A stretch of 64,000 bases of DNA from Lama guanicoe (taxonomy: Eukaryota). The stretch is from assembly GCA_013239625.1 (NCBI GenBank), contig MU055574.1, forward strand, positions 26,569,373 to 26,633,372. The letters run 5' to 3'. Position numbers and translations under genes: made by a program. Below are positions 25,074 through 38,400 of this stretch, piece after piece. Numbering within the stretch: the stretch's first letter is position 1; each line of letters begins with the position of its first letter. The notes under the pieces are model-generated. The model had not been told where the DNA came from. It did not search any database and saw nothing but the letters and a program-made list of their open reading frames with translations.

Positions 25074-25559
25074 ATAGCCAACTATAGTTCATAATCAACA
25101 CAGCGCTATTATAGGAGAGGTTTGAAATATGAGAACAATTTACTTTGGAGCTTTCCAAGGAGGAAGCCCTGCAGCCCACCGCGCTTACTAATCACCAAAG
25201 AAACACCATTAAAACCAAGAAGCACCTGCCCAGGGCTCTGCGAGTCAGCCACGGCGGCTGCATCAGGACGGAAGGCACAGCCGGGCTGCTGAGCCTCCGC
25301 TCGTATTCCGCAGCTTTGACCTGAAGGCTGCCCCAGTCGGGAACCGCGCCGCAGACACACACAGTGTCTCTGAGACGAACGCCATCTGTCCATCTGAGGA
25401 CCAGGAAGAGCATCTCCTGCGAGGCTAAGAGTGTGGGAGAAAAATCTCTTTTTTTCTCTCCTGAGCCTGTTCCTTCAGTGGTCCACGTCCCGGGGCTCTG
25501 TGCCATAAGTGACCATGTGAGAACCTGAGAACCTAAGAGAAGAATTGTCTTTCTGGCCA

Positions 25560-26355
25560 AAGGAATTAAACTTGATAAAAAGGACCTGGTAGCTTGAGAG
25601 CATGACAAAGCCTCATTATCCTTCCTTCTCTTGCCTTTGCTACACCAAGTGGCCCCCTTGGACACCTCCAACCCGAGGGAAAACCCACCGGAGCCGTGGG
25701 AGCCAGGGAGGATCTCGGAAGAGGCAGCTTGGGAAGGGACCCTCCAGTGCACGAACTGACACAAATCCTAAAGACCCAAAGCATCTTAACAAAGCACCAA
25801 ACCATGACACAAACCACAGTTCACGTCGCAGGCAAACCCCGGAGGCCAGTGCGTGGCATGGTCCCCGGGAGCTCAGCCGAGGGACGCCAGTGAGGTGGGG
25901 ATGCTGCCCGTAAAGGTGAGGCAGCTTCAGCAGGACTGCGCGGACTGCCTGCTAACAACAACAGCAGCACGCAATGCATCCCAGAGAATCGCAGCTGGAG
26001 CCAGAACTTCATAATGTAACATTAAAACCTGTCTACAATAAACCAGAAAATTATGACCAAGACTCAGAGGAAAAGACAGCCACCAGATCCCAACCTCAAC
26101 ACGGCCCAGACGGGACAGCCAGACTCAGGCGTCAGGGCCGGGACCGCGCTCCCTGAGACCCAGGCTGACAGTCCTGAAGCGAGTAAAAGTGAAGCTCTCG
26201 TGGAGGACGAGAAGCTATGCAAGAAGCACCAAGCGGAAATTTTAGAGCTGGGAAATGTAACAGATAAAATTGCGAAATCACTGAATGGACCTGCTAGTGG
26301 AATGCAGGTAACAGAGTGAAGAGTCACTGAACTTAAATACCAAGTAATAGAAAGC
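25560..26355 (+). mobile_element. Old L1M 5' UTR/ORF1 fragment
   Basis: Translates KKHQAEILELGNVTDKIAKSLNG...MQVTE, resembling the L1 ORF1p coiled coil, followed by agagtcactgaacttaaa...aatagaaa. Confidence 0.7.
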
Positions 26356-26529
26356 GAGGTTTCACTCGGCACTTTTGAACAAAAGGTTCCCATTTGAAAA
26401 AAGCGAGTGTTCCTGTCCACTTTTGCGTAAGACATTTAAGTCAACAAGCGAAGTGCAGGAAAGGGCACTTTGGCTCCGGAAGAGGGCGTGCAGAACGTGA
26501 AGGGAAGTAAAGACTAGTGGGTGAATTAC

Positions 26530-27809
26530 CTAAACATTTGGAACCTCAAGCAAAAATCTGGTTTGATTTCGAGGCAAATAAATGACTCGGTTGCCTCCTT
26601 TTTTATCCCCTCTGGCTCACGATCCGTGGTGATGACCAACGTCTGAAAACGTTGTAAGGTGAGTGACTAATGCGATCGGGGGCTGGCTGAAGAGATTGCC
26701 TGCTACACTCTGGAAAGCCAGGGGAACTTGGAAGCTTGTTTGTTTAGAAATGATCACAACACCGACCGCTTCTCTCTCTAACTTATTTGGTAAGAAAGGC
26801 GTTTCTCAGTTGAAACCTATTAACACCCTGGGATGGAATTAAGGCTTCACGTGTAACCAGTCTGGAGAGTTTGTTTGCACTACGTAGGGTCTGAGTGGAC
26901 CCGAGTCCAGTCTCCTGCTACTGGACAAGCTGTCCCAGGGAGCTCTGATTCTTCATGCCTCACAAGCAGCGATGGTGGGACTCCAGGTGACTCGGAAGTC
27001 CGGTCCGGCGTATGTCTGAGCTCTGAGCAAAAGCCCCAAGGGTGCAGACAGAGCTGTCAACTGCCCGAAGGGAGCCTCCCCCGCTTGACTGAAGGCGTTT
27101 TACTAGCACATGTCCTTGATGTCTTTTTGAAACGCTGGTTTCCAAATTCCGAAAAGTTATCACCGAAGAGGAGAGCATCATAAAGACGGAATGGGCATAA
27201 ACGTGAGCGCCTTGACCTGTCGACACGTGGTTGCGATAGAGTCTAATTTATCTTCGCGTGTAGCTGCAGGTCTCTGCTCCACAGGTCCCCTCAGGCCCTG
27301 GGGTCAGGTGTCCGAAGGGGGTCTTGACTTCGCTCGGCCGTGGAGGAGAGAGGCTGGCACGGCCTTCACTCTGTCCTTTGTGTCGTGCTGCTGGAAGTGA
27401 ACACAAAAAGCCCTATTTTGAAACGTTCACGCATCGATTATACTGCTTTTGGAAACTGTGACGCTTGCGCCAGCCGGCTGTTGACGATAGCTCGCTTTAC
27501 TTACTTTTCCCGTTTCCCACAGTCCGGAGCCAACTTGTGGGTAGTAGCCACCTCGCTCTGCCCCTCCGGAGAAGGAGGGGTCTGTGACGCAGGGAATAAG
27601 TGACGCTCTACCCAAAGGGAGCTTTCTGAGTCGGTGTAAATGCATTTCCAGCATTTCAGTCGTGTTTGTCATTTCTCCCAAGTTGGGAGATTCTGAGAAG
27701 TCATCAGTGCTGGAGAGAGAAATCGTGAAGTCACAAGCTAGCTGTTTTAGCAGACGTCGACTGTGATTTTGGTAGCAGTTTACTGTGAAAGAAATCAGAG
27801 GAACTCTAC
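26530..27809 (-). pseudogene. Candidate 1.28-kb non-TPR exon within the TPR array
   Basis: Acceptor ttccacatctacaaag| and donor TTTAG|gtaatt. The first ~125 codons are open (ORF 27427..27846), followed by many stops. No repeat is recognisable inside it. Confidence 0.4.
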
Positions 27810-30800
27810 CTTTGTAGATGTGGAAGCAGAATCTCTGTGTTTTCACTTCTCACACTCAGTACTGACCTGTTGCGTTTTTAAAGTGGCCGCACTAGACTCT
27901 CCGTAGAGGGAACTTGGGGTAAAATCACAGAGAATGGGTAACATACAAAATAACACCGTCATTTATGAACGTGAAACCCGTATTAAGGAGCTAATAATAA
28001 TTTACCTTTTTAAATCTCTTCAAACCATGATTACCTGGCATCTTGAATCTCATTGGAAATACCGTTTCCAGTCTAAACCAGGGAGTAACCCGAGGGAGGG
28101 ACGAGCAGCTTCCCCAGCCGCTGGGAGCACTCCCGGCACGGGCGGCGGCTGCGGGGGCCCGTCCGGCCCGGGGGAATCGACGAACGCGCAGTACTTTACA
28201 AATCCGCTTCCAGGAGACGGGTGATGGGACCGCATCTGTCGGGGGGGTAGCGCCAGCCGGACGTAGCCCGTCTTCCACCTGCAGGTTGTCCCGGGGGCGC
28301 GCCTCGCCCCCAGCCTCGTTCTCTGGCTGCGTCCCTGCCCTGGGCTGAGTCTGAAAACTGCAGTAGGGCCTCGGAAACCCCAGCTTTCCATCTGCAAGAG
28401 CTTTGTGTTTTGGGGACCCCAACAGTTAATCCAGGAACAAGCCTCAGCACAGAGTGTAGGTCACAAAGGTCGCAAAGCCAGGCTCTCCGGGCCCCCGACT
28501 GGACGGAAGTCTTCCTGGACAGAGGAGGAGGAATCTGGGGCAGGGGAAGGCTCAGCCCGGCGTGAGTCCCTGGGCACCGGCCCTGCCCACTCTGCCTCGT
28601 CCCACCCCCTCCCTGTGGGCAGCTGAGGCCCGGTTCTGACGGTGGGTGATAGAAACCGCCTAGTTAGGGACAGGGAAGCCAAAAGTTGAAAAATCTATCC
28701 TCCTCTCCCCCTGCTTCCAGCAAGAAGCAACCTTGGCGGGACACCTCTGTCCCCCTTGGTGTGGTGGCCACAGCATGTAAGTGACAGCCAAGGACAGCCA
28801 GCAGAGGAGCAGAGACGGTCCTGCTGCAGTGACCCAGAGTCCCCAGCTCCCTCAGGCCCTTGGAGGGGTGGCTGCAGACAGCTGAGAACGGTCCCTCGTG
28901 AGTTGGGTGGCCCAGCGCCTGTGACTGTGGGGACCTGTGACCTTTCGTAGCTTTGGGAGAAATGGAGGCATTGACCGAAGCCCAGACATGGGAGGCCCTC
29001 TCAGGAGCGTCCGGCCCCTGGGTGCTCGGGACTGAAGCCAACCAGATGCGCCCTCCACCCGAAGCCCCGTGAAGACGTGCGAGCCCCTCCGACCGTGGCC
29101 CGGGAACGAGGCGGGGGCCCAGCTCTGAGCCAGCTGGGCTCGTGTGGACACAACTCAGGGCCCAGCGACTTGGCAGGTTTTACTTGTAAGCGAGTAGGTT
29201 AGATTTTTCGGCCACGGGAGCTATTGTGACTCGGCTGAAAATCAAACTCAGATTTAAAATAAAGTCCTTTCCTTTTTTTTTTACCAAGGCTGAGGCGCAG
29301 CTCATGGGGGCGCTGCGTCAGCTGCACTCCACGTTCCTGGCCGTCCCTGCCCGGAGCTTTCAGCAAGCGCGGACGCACTGCGCTCCGGGTCAACCAGAGC
29401 AGGGCGCAGGCGTCCTCAGCGTGTCTCCGGTTGGAGGACCTAGGAAACGTGCCAGAAACCCCTATTCCTGATGAGACGCACGCAGGAAGTGGCTCTGCCT
29501 CTGGTTTCTGGGGTGACTGAGGTGTCCCCTCTGCACTGACACACTGAGCACTGGAACGGCATCCAGTGCACCGGACAAGCTCCGTTTTAAATCGTACTTA
29601 ATTTTACCTGAGTCAAGTTCCATCCGCACGCGGTGAGCGGCCACGTCCGACAGCCGGGCAGAGGGCGGGGTTCCCGCCTGGCAGCCCTGCCAGTGTCTCC
29701 CAGGCGGCTTCCTGACCCCGGTGCCTCTGTGCGGCCAGGACTGTGGCTCTGCTCCTCCTTCCCTGTGACCTCGTCTTCCTTCTCATCTTCAACAGTCAGG
29801 TTGACATAAAGGTGTCAGATGGGTATCTCGGCCTTCTCCCGAGACACCCCGTGTCTGCACGTTGCTGCCTGCTGGGCTGATGCCGGCAGGGAGCCAGGAG
29901 CTGTGGATGGGCACTAATCCAATGCTGGGCGCTGCGTGTAGACCTCTCTGGGGCTGGGCCGGGCTCTAAGACGCGAGGAAAAGCCAGCATGGAGGAGAGC
30001 TGCAGCGAAGGGTGGTGATGCTGCTGTCTGCTGGGCCCTGCAAGCTTCTCCTTCAGGGCCGCCTGCTCTTGTGTGACTGAAGGTACCAGGACAGTTAGAC
30101 AGACTGAGCCTTTACACCACCGGCTGTTGCTTCCCTGTGAGTCCCTTCAGGTGGCTGTGATGGACAGAGCCTCGCGTCTACGCGTTTCCTCTCCACCCAC
30201 CAGTTGTTGGTTCAGGACACATTCCTTCTGATCCGTGATGAACTTGCCACTTGTGGGCGATAGAGAAGAGCTGATGAGAAGAACACATATGGCTCCAACC
30301 TCCTGTTGCTCTTGATCTAACCCGGGAGATGGAAACAGACCAGATCATCACTTTCTTGTCCCAGACAGGACAGATGCCCTCTGCCTGCCTCTCCTCCATC
30401 CCGGTGCCCAGTGACTTCGCACCATCTCCTCGTGGGTCTGGAGGGGGCGCCGGGGGCGCACAAGGCTGAGCGTGTCCAGTCACACACCCTGCTGACCTGC
30501 CTCCTGTTGGAAGGTTGTTGCAGACACGGCTAGCTCCCCAGAAACACTACCAGAAAAAAAGAGAATAACAATAAAAGGAAAGAAAATGAAGAAAAGCCCC
30601 CACAGGATGGGGATACACGTCACTAGACATTTAATATCCTGAACAAACTTTTTTTTAACACTTTTCTTAATGTGGTGTTTTGGCATCCTGGCTTCTCCCC
30701 GTGGTTCCTCCAGCCCCAGGGCCTCTGGGCTCTTTGCACGTGGCCAGGAGACGGGAGAAGAGACTGGAGAAGACTTACTGCTTCCTAAGATGCTGAGCTA

Positions 30801-32199
30801 CCAAATACATTTAAAGTCCTAAATTTATAATTAAGATTTTCCAAGATAAAGACATTTCCCGTGTGGCCTGGCCGGGGGCCCTTGCTCATTCACTCTGCGT
30901 TTCTGTCACCTAGACACACACGTCCCTGAAGGCCCCCCCTGAGGGCCGTGCTGTTTCATCCTCCCCAGCCCGGCTCCCACCCTGTAGCTTTCGCCTCCAT
31001 CACTCATTTTGAAGAATCAGCTTAAATACCATTTTCAGTCGTATTATTCAGCTGCTCTTGGCTGAAAGCAATTCTTTCCTTTAATCTCTCAGAGGTCAAC
31101 ATACATATTTCTTTGGATAATTCATAACAGTTACTTTAAAACCAGATTCAGAATTTAACTACCCTGAGATTAAAACAGGATAAAGATAAACATTGCTGCT
31201 GAAGATTATTCAGCTGTTTTGAAAAGTCCACAAATAAACAACTTGAATGTTCAAATTGCACTTTTTTCTAAATCAAATATAAAGTTAATTCATTGATCCT
31301 TCTATGTCAGAGTTGGAATCTGTTAATTTAACTAGAGTTTGTTGCCTTGGAATTCATACTACCTGAGAACTGCAGCTTCATGTAAGATTGATCTTAACAA
31401 TCCAACCGACTTAGAAACATCCCGTGGAAAAATGGGCTCTAGGTAATATAATTTTTCAAAAATCCCTCTCAGTCGCTGGATTTTTCATGTTTATGAAGTT
31501 AACCATCGGGATGCCCCCAGATAAGGACTTAATCACTTCCCTTTTTGTGTAACCACCACATCAAACAGTTTTCTAAATAAAATAATCTCAGTTTTGTTCC
31601 ACTTATAGGCTGCATTTAAAGAAATCCTGCACTGACGTTTTTTGAAAGTTCTTCTCTTTCGCCAAAGGTTAAATATCCCCCTCTCTTTTTCATAAAGCAA
31701 GATCAAAAAAACAAAACCCTACACATCTACGACTGAGAGTGAGACTTCACTGAAATCTCCCATGGAATTGCTCAAGGCTCTTGGACTCAGTTTCCGACCT
31801 CACGAGTGGCTGTCGGTGGCGCGACAGCAAGGGTGGCCTCCCTCCTGCACCCCTTCCCCACAGTTGTCATCACTCCAGCTTCCCCCCTGACCAGGCCGTT
31901 TGCTGCACAGGCTGCTCTTTTCCGAGCGCCCATAAAGCATGGAGAGGCTGCCTTTAAGAGGCTAGCAGGGGCCTGGGGGTGCTCGTGGCCGTTGCTGCGA
32001 AGGACAGTGAGCATTTCCACGTTGGGTTAACCCAACCCTTCTCCACGCCAAGGCCTCATCTCCAACTGTGAATGCTGGATGTTTCCAAGACCAGCCGGCA
32101 GTCACCGTGGTCGTGCCATGTCCATGTGAAGAATGTCTTTCTCTTTGTCCTCTGAGGATCACTGATGAAGCCAGCAGCTGTCGGGTGCTCGGGGCTGAG

Positions 32200-33290
32200 C
32201 TATGAAGAGCTCAGAGGACATTCATAGCAGGGAGGATCCTAGAAGGGCTCACGATGTAATCGTGTGTGTGTGGTACCAGTGCTCAGGTCTGGAGAAGCAG
32301 GACCCCCACAGGGGGAATGGCAGGAGCAAAGGCCAGGGGGTTGGGGGAGAGTGGCATGAACGCTGTTGTCAGGGTCCAAGCAGGGGGTGTGATGGGAACT
32401 GAGAGAACACAGGTGCCCACTGTGCCGTGAATGAAGCAGAGATGCAGCCGCTCCCGAGGTGGAGTCTGGTTTGATTTCGATTATGGGAGGAAGTCACTTA
32501 AACTTTCTAAAAGAGGAAATGCGATCCTTAGTTCCTGCTTTTCAGGGACCCCTGGCTGCTGTCCGGGAGCTGATTGTAGGTGGAGGGGACCCGCGGGAGG
32601 TGGGGAGGCTGCTCAGAGATGGCGGTACCCGGGACAACAGCAGTGGTGTGAGCCATGGCCAAATCTGTCCCATGTTTCAGAGGTTGGGCCAACAGTACAC
32701 ACTGCTGAGTTGGTTATGAGGTGTGAGGTCATGAGGAAGAGAGGGCACTAAAGTGTTAGACCTACTTCGGGAGCTGTGTCACTAAAAGGATGGTGGTCCC
32801 ATCTACGATATGGACGACTGAGGATGGGGCAGGGCTGGGGGTGTCAGAGGCCTCCGGTAGGAGTGTCAGGTTGGCGTCACTTATCGGGTAGTCACACCAG
32901 GGGGCTGGAAGTAATTTGGAAGACAGCAGCCTCAGGTGGTCAAAGCGCAGGCTGAGCCGACCACTCGCGGAGTCAGCAGGGAAGGGCAGGGCACCAGGGA
33001 GTCAGCCTGACGTGCCCCACATTCAGAGGTTAAGAAATGAAGGGTAAGTCAGTGAAGAAGGCTGGAAAACAGGCTGGAGGTACAGCCTTTTGAACAAAGG
33101 GTCTTAACCACCTTTGTCAAATAATCACTCAGAGAAGTTGATCAGGATGACAGCTGAGAAAGGGCTGCTCGGTAAATTGTTGGTGACCCTGTCAAGACCT
33201 GTTTCAATGACGTGGAAGGGACCACAGCTTCCTGAAGTGTTATCAAGAGGACTTATAAGATGAGGTTTTGGGGACAATGACATACACATG
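32200..33290 (-). mobile_element. L2 fragment
   Basis: gatcctta...tttcagggacccctggctgctg...gggaggctgct...atggtggtcccat...cacattcagaggt...ttggtgaccctgtcaaga...gtttcaatga is typical antisense L2. Confidence 0.75.
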
Positions 33291-33336
33291 TTTGAATAAA
33301 GCATGTGTCCATAGTATTTAATAGCCAATATGTAAG

Positions 33337-34011
33337 TTTTAAAAGAATATATACCATATGATCCAGCAATCACACTCCTGGACATATATCCAGAGGGAAC
33401 TCTAATCCGAAAANNNNNNNNNNNNNNNNNNNNNNNNNNNNNNNNNNNNNNNNNNNNNNNNNNNNNNNNNNNNNNNNNNNNNNNNNNNNNNNNNNNNNNN
33501 NNNNNNNNNNNNNNNNNNNNNNNNNNNNNNNNNNNNNNNNNNNNNNNNNNNNNNNNNNNNNNNNNNNNNNNNNNNNNNNNNNNNNNNNNNNNNNNNNNNN
33601 NNNNNNNNNNNNNNNNNNNNNNNNNNNNNNNNNNNNNNNNNNNNNNCTAACATGTGGAATATAAAAAAAAAGAAAAGAAAAGGAAAACAGAGGACACTAA
33701 TGAACTTATCTACAAAACAGAAACAGATTTGCAGACACAGTAAACAATCTTATGGTTACCAGGGGATAGGGGGTGGGTAGGGATAAGTTTGGGAGTTTGA
33801 GATCTGACAATGTTAATCACTATAGATAAAAATAGATTAAAAAACAAATTTGTTCTGTGTAGCACAGGGAACTATATTCAATACCTTATAATAACCGTTA
33901 ACAAAAAAGAATACGAAAATGAACATATGTGTATATATATGCATTCTGGGACATCGTGCTGTGCACCAGAAACTGACACGTTGTAACTGACTGTATTTCA
34001 ATTGAAAAAAC
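33337..34011 (+). mobile_element. Young 5'-truncated L1, camelid-type 3' UTR
   Basis: 3' UTR reads ...gaaaatgaacatatgtgtatatatatgcattctgggacatcgtgctgtgcaccagaaactgacacgttgtaactgactgtatttcaatt plus an A tail. TSDs are ccaatatgtaag (33325-33336) and ccaatgtgtaag (34012-34023). Includes the gap at 33414-33646. Confidence 0.9.
33414..33646. other. Assembly gap (N run)
   Basis: Run of n in the sequence. Confidence 1.
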
Positions 34012-34360
34012 CCAATGTGTAAGCAGCTCTGATTTCCACTCTGGAATCATTTGGAAACGGAAAACTATTCTGCTCCATAAAAATAACGATGCATGTGGGC
34101 CTTGCCCTCACCGGGAAGTCAGGTAAACCTTGCGTAACACCACAACATGGCCGCAGGGACATGCAAATGATCGTGCGCTATACAACCCAACACCACGCGT
34201 CTGGAGCCGGCGACTGCTCTGTGCGCCTTCCCCGTGTGTCGGTCGCTGACGCAGTACGCAACGAAAGGACAAGTCTGCTCCACCTTGTGTTACTAGCATC
34301 GCTAGTTAAAATCAATTTGTTAGCCAAAAGTACATTAAATTCGTTATAATTTTTCCTCAC

Positions 34361-34718
34361 TTCTAATTTTTTGAGAGCTTCTTTGTTAATAGCTGGACTT
34401 TTAAAGTTACCCAGGAATGGAGGTCTTAATAAATTTCCCTTTATCAGGAAAATAAACGCTGTGCCATTGACCAGAGAATGATGGCCACAGACGGCATCTT
34501 CTTTACAGACAAACGAAGTCTCAGTTGAGCCTCTCCGTGTCTCAGACGTTCCAAGAATTCTCCAGCTGCTCCTGTCGGGAAGATGTGCAGAGCAGTTTGG
34601 CTGGTCGTTTCTTGTCTGCTGAGAAAATTCAAGCCTGGCTGAGAAAGGAAGAGAATCACGAAAGGGCAGACGAAGAGATGGAGGACAGTCACACCCGTTT
34701 TGTCCCGTATTAAGGATC
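34361..34718 (-). pseudogene. Stop-free exon remnant immediately upstream of the TPR array
   Basis: aaag|...GAA|gtgagg, open throughout: ILNTGQNG...RRGSTETSF...LRPPFLGNFKSPAINKEALKKLE. A 77-nt intron leads to the first TPR-like exon in matching phase 0. Confidence 0.55.
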
Positions 34719-35911
34719 CTTTGGGTTAGTGGCAGCATATGAAGGACATTTTTGGCAATGGCTGGAAAACCAGGTCCCCTCCCTGCTTCTCCCCCTCCCA
34801 CGGCTCCTCTGAGTCACCTGCTGGGCTGTGGGTGGCACGTTCATGGCTCAGGCAGCCTCAGGCCCAATAAGGGCATCAGTTTCCCAGGTTTACGGGGAAG
34901 TGGGGAACCATGCCTGGGAAGAACCCCGAGGTGGAAATTTCAACCAGCTGTGGCCCAGGCGTGGAAGGATTTGGAAGGGAGGACGTGAGTAGCTGTGGAC
35001 GCCGTCCGCAGGCGGACAGCCAAGGTCAAGCCAGAAAGTGATTCAGGGCTGAGCTACGTGGGCGGGTCCAGGTCAGGGGCCCGGGCGGAGGGTTAACCCC
35101 GTCCACTGTGGGACGGACGCCAGTCGCTGGGGAGCGTAAGGAGCAGACTCAGCGCCCACCTGTGTGCACGAACAGGCAGCACTCGGCTAAGGCTCAGCGC
35201 TCGGCCCCAGGCTCCAGACGGCCTGAGCCCGCGCACGGCTGGGAGGACACACACAAGACAGCGCTGCGCAGTGTGGGCGCAAGTTAGCGGTGCGTGCGCT
35301 GCACGGGTAAGCTGTCCCGTCTGCTTGATGGGACAGCAGCTGGTGTGCCCCTGGTTGGGATAAAAAAGACTCAGGCACAGTAGGACTCGGTTCAGCCGAC
35401 AGACACCATGGGCTCCTTTCTGGAGCGTGGGAAACGGGGGATACAACCCTCTTACTGAGAGTTAAGTTATAGGACACGGGAGGTGGAAAACCTCAGACTT
35501 ACGGGGTTGCTCACCACCTGTGACATGCACTCACGTCAACTGAACCGTCAGAAGTCAGAGCACCCCCGCGTCCTGCGGGCGTTCCGTGTGGGGAGCTGCC
35601 TGCGACGGGCGTCCCATCTCCAGGAAGATGTTGGTCTTCCTGCAATGTTTCAACATGGCAGTAACGTCTAAATTTCTAAAAAGTAAGCCATGAATCACTG
35701 AAGTATGATTGCTTTTCCTACAAAATAGGCTTCCCAGGTTGTCCTGAAAAGTCTTCAACTTTTCTCTTCCTTTGCGACGAGGTCATGCTTTTCCTTTACA
35801 TTTTCTGCTTCAGATCACTGCAGGCGGTGCTTCTTCAGGCAGGAATGCCCTGTCCATTTTAGTATTACTATTCAGTTTATCTTTTGAGATAAAATTTGCA
35901 CGTAGTGAAGT

Positions 35912-35985
35912 GCATATATATATATAACTGAATCACTTTGCTGTACATCTGAGACATTGTAAATCAGCTATACTTCAATACAGAA
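35912..35985 (+). mobile_element. Very short L1 3' terminus
   Basis: tatataactgaatcactttgctgtacatctgagacattgtaaatcagctatacttcaata. Confidence 0.85.
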
Positions 35986-35989
35986 AATT

Positions 35990-38361
35990 CAGACAGACGA
36001 AATACACTAAAATAACTTTCATAACACTGGGCCTTACACGGTGGAGGCTGGTGATTTATGAGAAATGAAAAGTGACTGGGCTGAGGCCTGTGGTTGCAGC
36101 AGCTCATGGCCTTGGTGGAGTTTCTAAGTTGGGTCACGGGGACAAAAAGAAAAAAAAAAAACCAGGCAAAACCTGCAAGACCCCTGAGTTGAGGAGACAG
36201 AGTTAACGGTTTGGTGAAGCCAAGGCAACCAGTGTTCACAAGACTTGGTGCTGGAGGGGAGGGCAGGACACGTAGGGAGAAGCCTGCGGTCCGCACGGGC
36301 CCAGCCCCAGCGTCTCTGGAGGACTGGTGAGCGCACACGCACGAGGCAAGGGGATGAGCCACCCAAAGGCTTAGTGGAAACAGTGGCTGACACTCACACA
36401 TGATGAGAAATTGTGACCATTCCCACCAGCCACAGTGGAAAAACTCATAATTCATGGGACGTTGGTTAGAGTAGTCCGAGAAATCTTGCTCCAATAGTGG
36501 GAAATAATTATTCTTAGAATAAACACTGCTCCAGACTCACTTAATGAATCACAAAAGCAAGACCAGAAAGGCTCCAACTGCTTGCAAGTAAACTAACTGC
36601 AACCCAGAACAAAGTGCAAGAATATTTACAAGGAAGTTAAAATATCCAACTCCCAACGAGGTAAAATGCGCAACATTCGGTACCAACCAGGGGTCACCGA
36701 GTGTGCAGAGGAGCAGGAAGGCGTGATTTACAATGAATGGAATTATTAATCAATTGAAATGAAACCTTAATGGACACAGGTGGTAGAATTATCTGAGAAG
36801 GACATTGAAACAGTTGCTGTAATGAAATTCAAATATTCAAGAATCTAATAAGAAAGTGAAAGATGTAAGAAAGACAAAAGTCAAACTTTAAGAATGGGTA
36901 AATACAATGTCTGAAGTGAAAAATACCCTCGATCAGGTTAATGGCAGATGAGGTGTTGACATTAAAAAGGCATAAGGGAACTTGAAGACTGAGAAGCTAC
37001 TCCCCTTCTAAAACACACGCACAGGGGAAAAAGAGTAAAAATCAGAAATGGAAAGAATTAAGTGTGTGCCTTTAACTTGAAACTGGCTCTAGGAAGCATG
37101 CTGAGAAACGGGGTAACTGCGTGTGGGACAATTTCAAGCACAGCAACATAGATGTAACTGGAGTCACCAAAAGAGAAGACGGCTCATGGCAGAAAAATAC
37201 TTAAGTCAGTGATGTCAGGAGATTTCCCAAATTTCACGTGACTTATGTGCTCACAGATCCAAGAAGCTCAACGAACCCCAAGCACAAAGGCGCGAACACA
37301 GCTCCCCCAGGCACCTCATGATCAAACTTCTCCAGCCCAGTTAAAAATGGAAAGTCCTAACAGCAGCCAGGACTGTGTGCGAGGCACGAAGGTAAGGGTG
37401 ATGGGTGTGACGGAAGATTTCTCATCAGAAGCCATATTTGAAGAAATAATGGCTGAAAACCTAACAGATTTGATGAAAAAGATTAATTTGATAGATTAAA
37501 CTTGACTAATTTGATTGAAAACAGGAACACACCCAAGAAGCTAAACAAATTCTGTTAAAAAGAAAAGTCCCAAATAAGTGACCTAACATTCGACCTTGAG
37601 AAGCTGGAAGAACCCAAAGCAAGAAGCAGGAAGGACGCGGTGAAGACTAGAGCAGACGCACAGCTCCGCGTCCCTCAGGAGAACAGAAGGAACCAGCGAA
37701 GAGGCTGATTTCATCATCAGGAAACTTCCCGCACAGAAACCCTCACGTCCCAAGGGCTCTAACGGTGGCACACACAAAATGTGTTAGAAAAATAAACATC
37801 AGCCCTTTATAAATTCCTCCAAAAATCAGCAGAGCTCTCATCCCGTGAGGCCAGTGTTCGGATCTCAAGTGAAGCAAAGATTCACCAAGGAAGGACGTCT
37901 ACAGACCGACAACTATGATGAGCACGAAATCCTCAACAAAACACTATCAAACCAAATCCAACATTATCAAAAGAGAAAGAATTAAGTACCGTACCAGTAC
38001 ATTTGGCAGTGTATCAATATTACACACTGTATTAATAGAATAAAAGAATAAAACCAAGTGATTGTCTCAACACATGCAGAAAATGCAGGCAAAAGTAGGA
38101 GTAAAACAACTCAGACTAGGAATAAAAGGGCACCTATGAAAACCCCGCAGCTTCCATCATTCTTAGTGTGAAAAACTGGGTATTTTCCCCTAAAGTCAGA
38201 AACAAGACAAAGCTGTCCTCCATGTCATCCCTATTAAACATTATACTTGAGGCTGGAGCCAGGACAATTAGGCAGGGGGGAAAATGGCACCCAAATTGGA
38301 AGAGAAGAGGCAAAACCATCTCTGCCTGCAGATGCCATGAGCTTATACATGGAAGTCCTCA

Positions 38362-38400
<39 letters not shown>

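Larger units (their letters stand above)
22571..25532 (-). pseudogene. C-terminal TPR exon remnants of the TTC6-like gene
   Basis: 25532-25402 (EQAQ/KRDFS), 25320-25189 (VKAAEYE...PPWLTRRALGRCFL), about 24820-24585 (YENAEDKP/LRDGFRA...QNFSL...WRMAMVMC), about 24205-23960 (ELCLRACNRSPKHKE...AHEAALKVLSEMI), 23670-23587 (ALLKTGADV), 23121-22941 (KLANICCNRATA) and 22713-22571 (PNLWAKVKLRG). Confidence 0.6.
28006..34283 (-). pseudogene. N-terminal half of the TPR array of the TTC6-like gene
   Basis: 34283-34112 (PFVAYC..DRHTGKAHRAVAG), 32161-32037 (HDH.../GDEALA), about 31705-31607 (DLAL*KR/GIFN...SVQDFFK), 31438-31363 (AHFSTGC/LLRSI), 30316-30201 (QEVGAI/FFSSALLY), 29965-29770 (HLYV/LLKM), about 29711-29608 (EAAWETLAGL), about 28460-28340 (PTLCAEAC...KLLQ...LSP) and 28072-28006 (GNHGLKRFKK). 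Confidence 0.55.

Noticed and set aside
34448-34713. Plus-strand terminal exon (ORF 34525..34713)
   Set aside because: The minus-strand reading is longer, fully open, and splices in phase to the first TPR-like exon.
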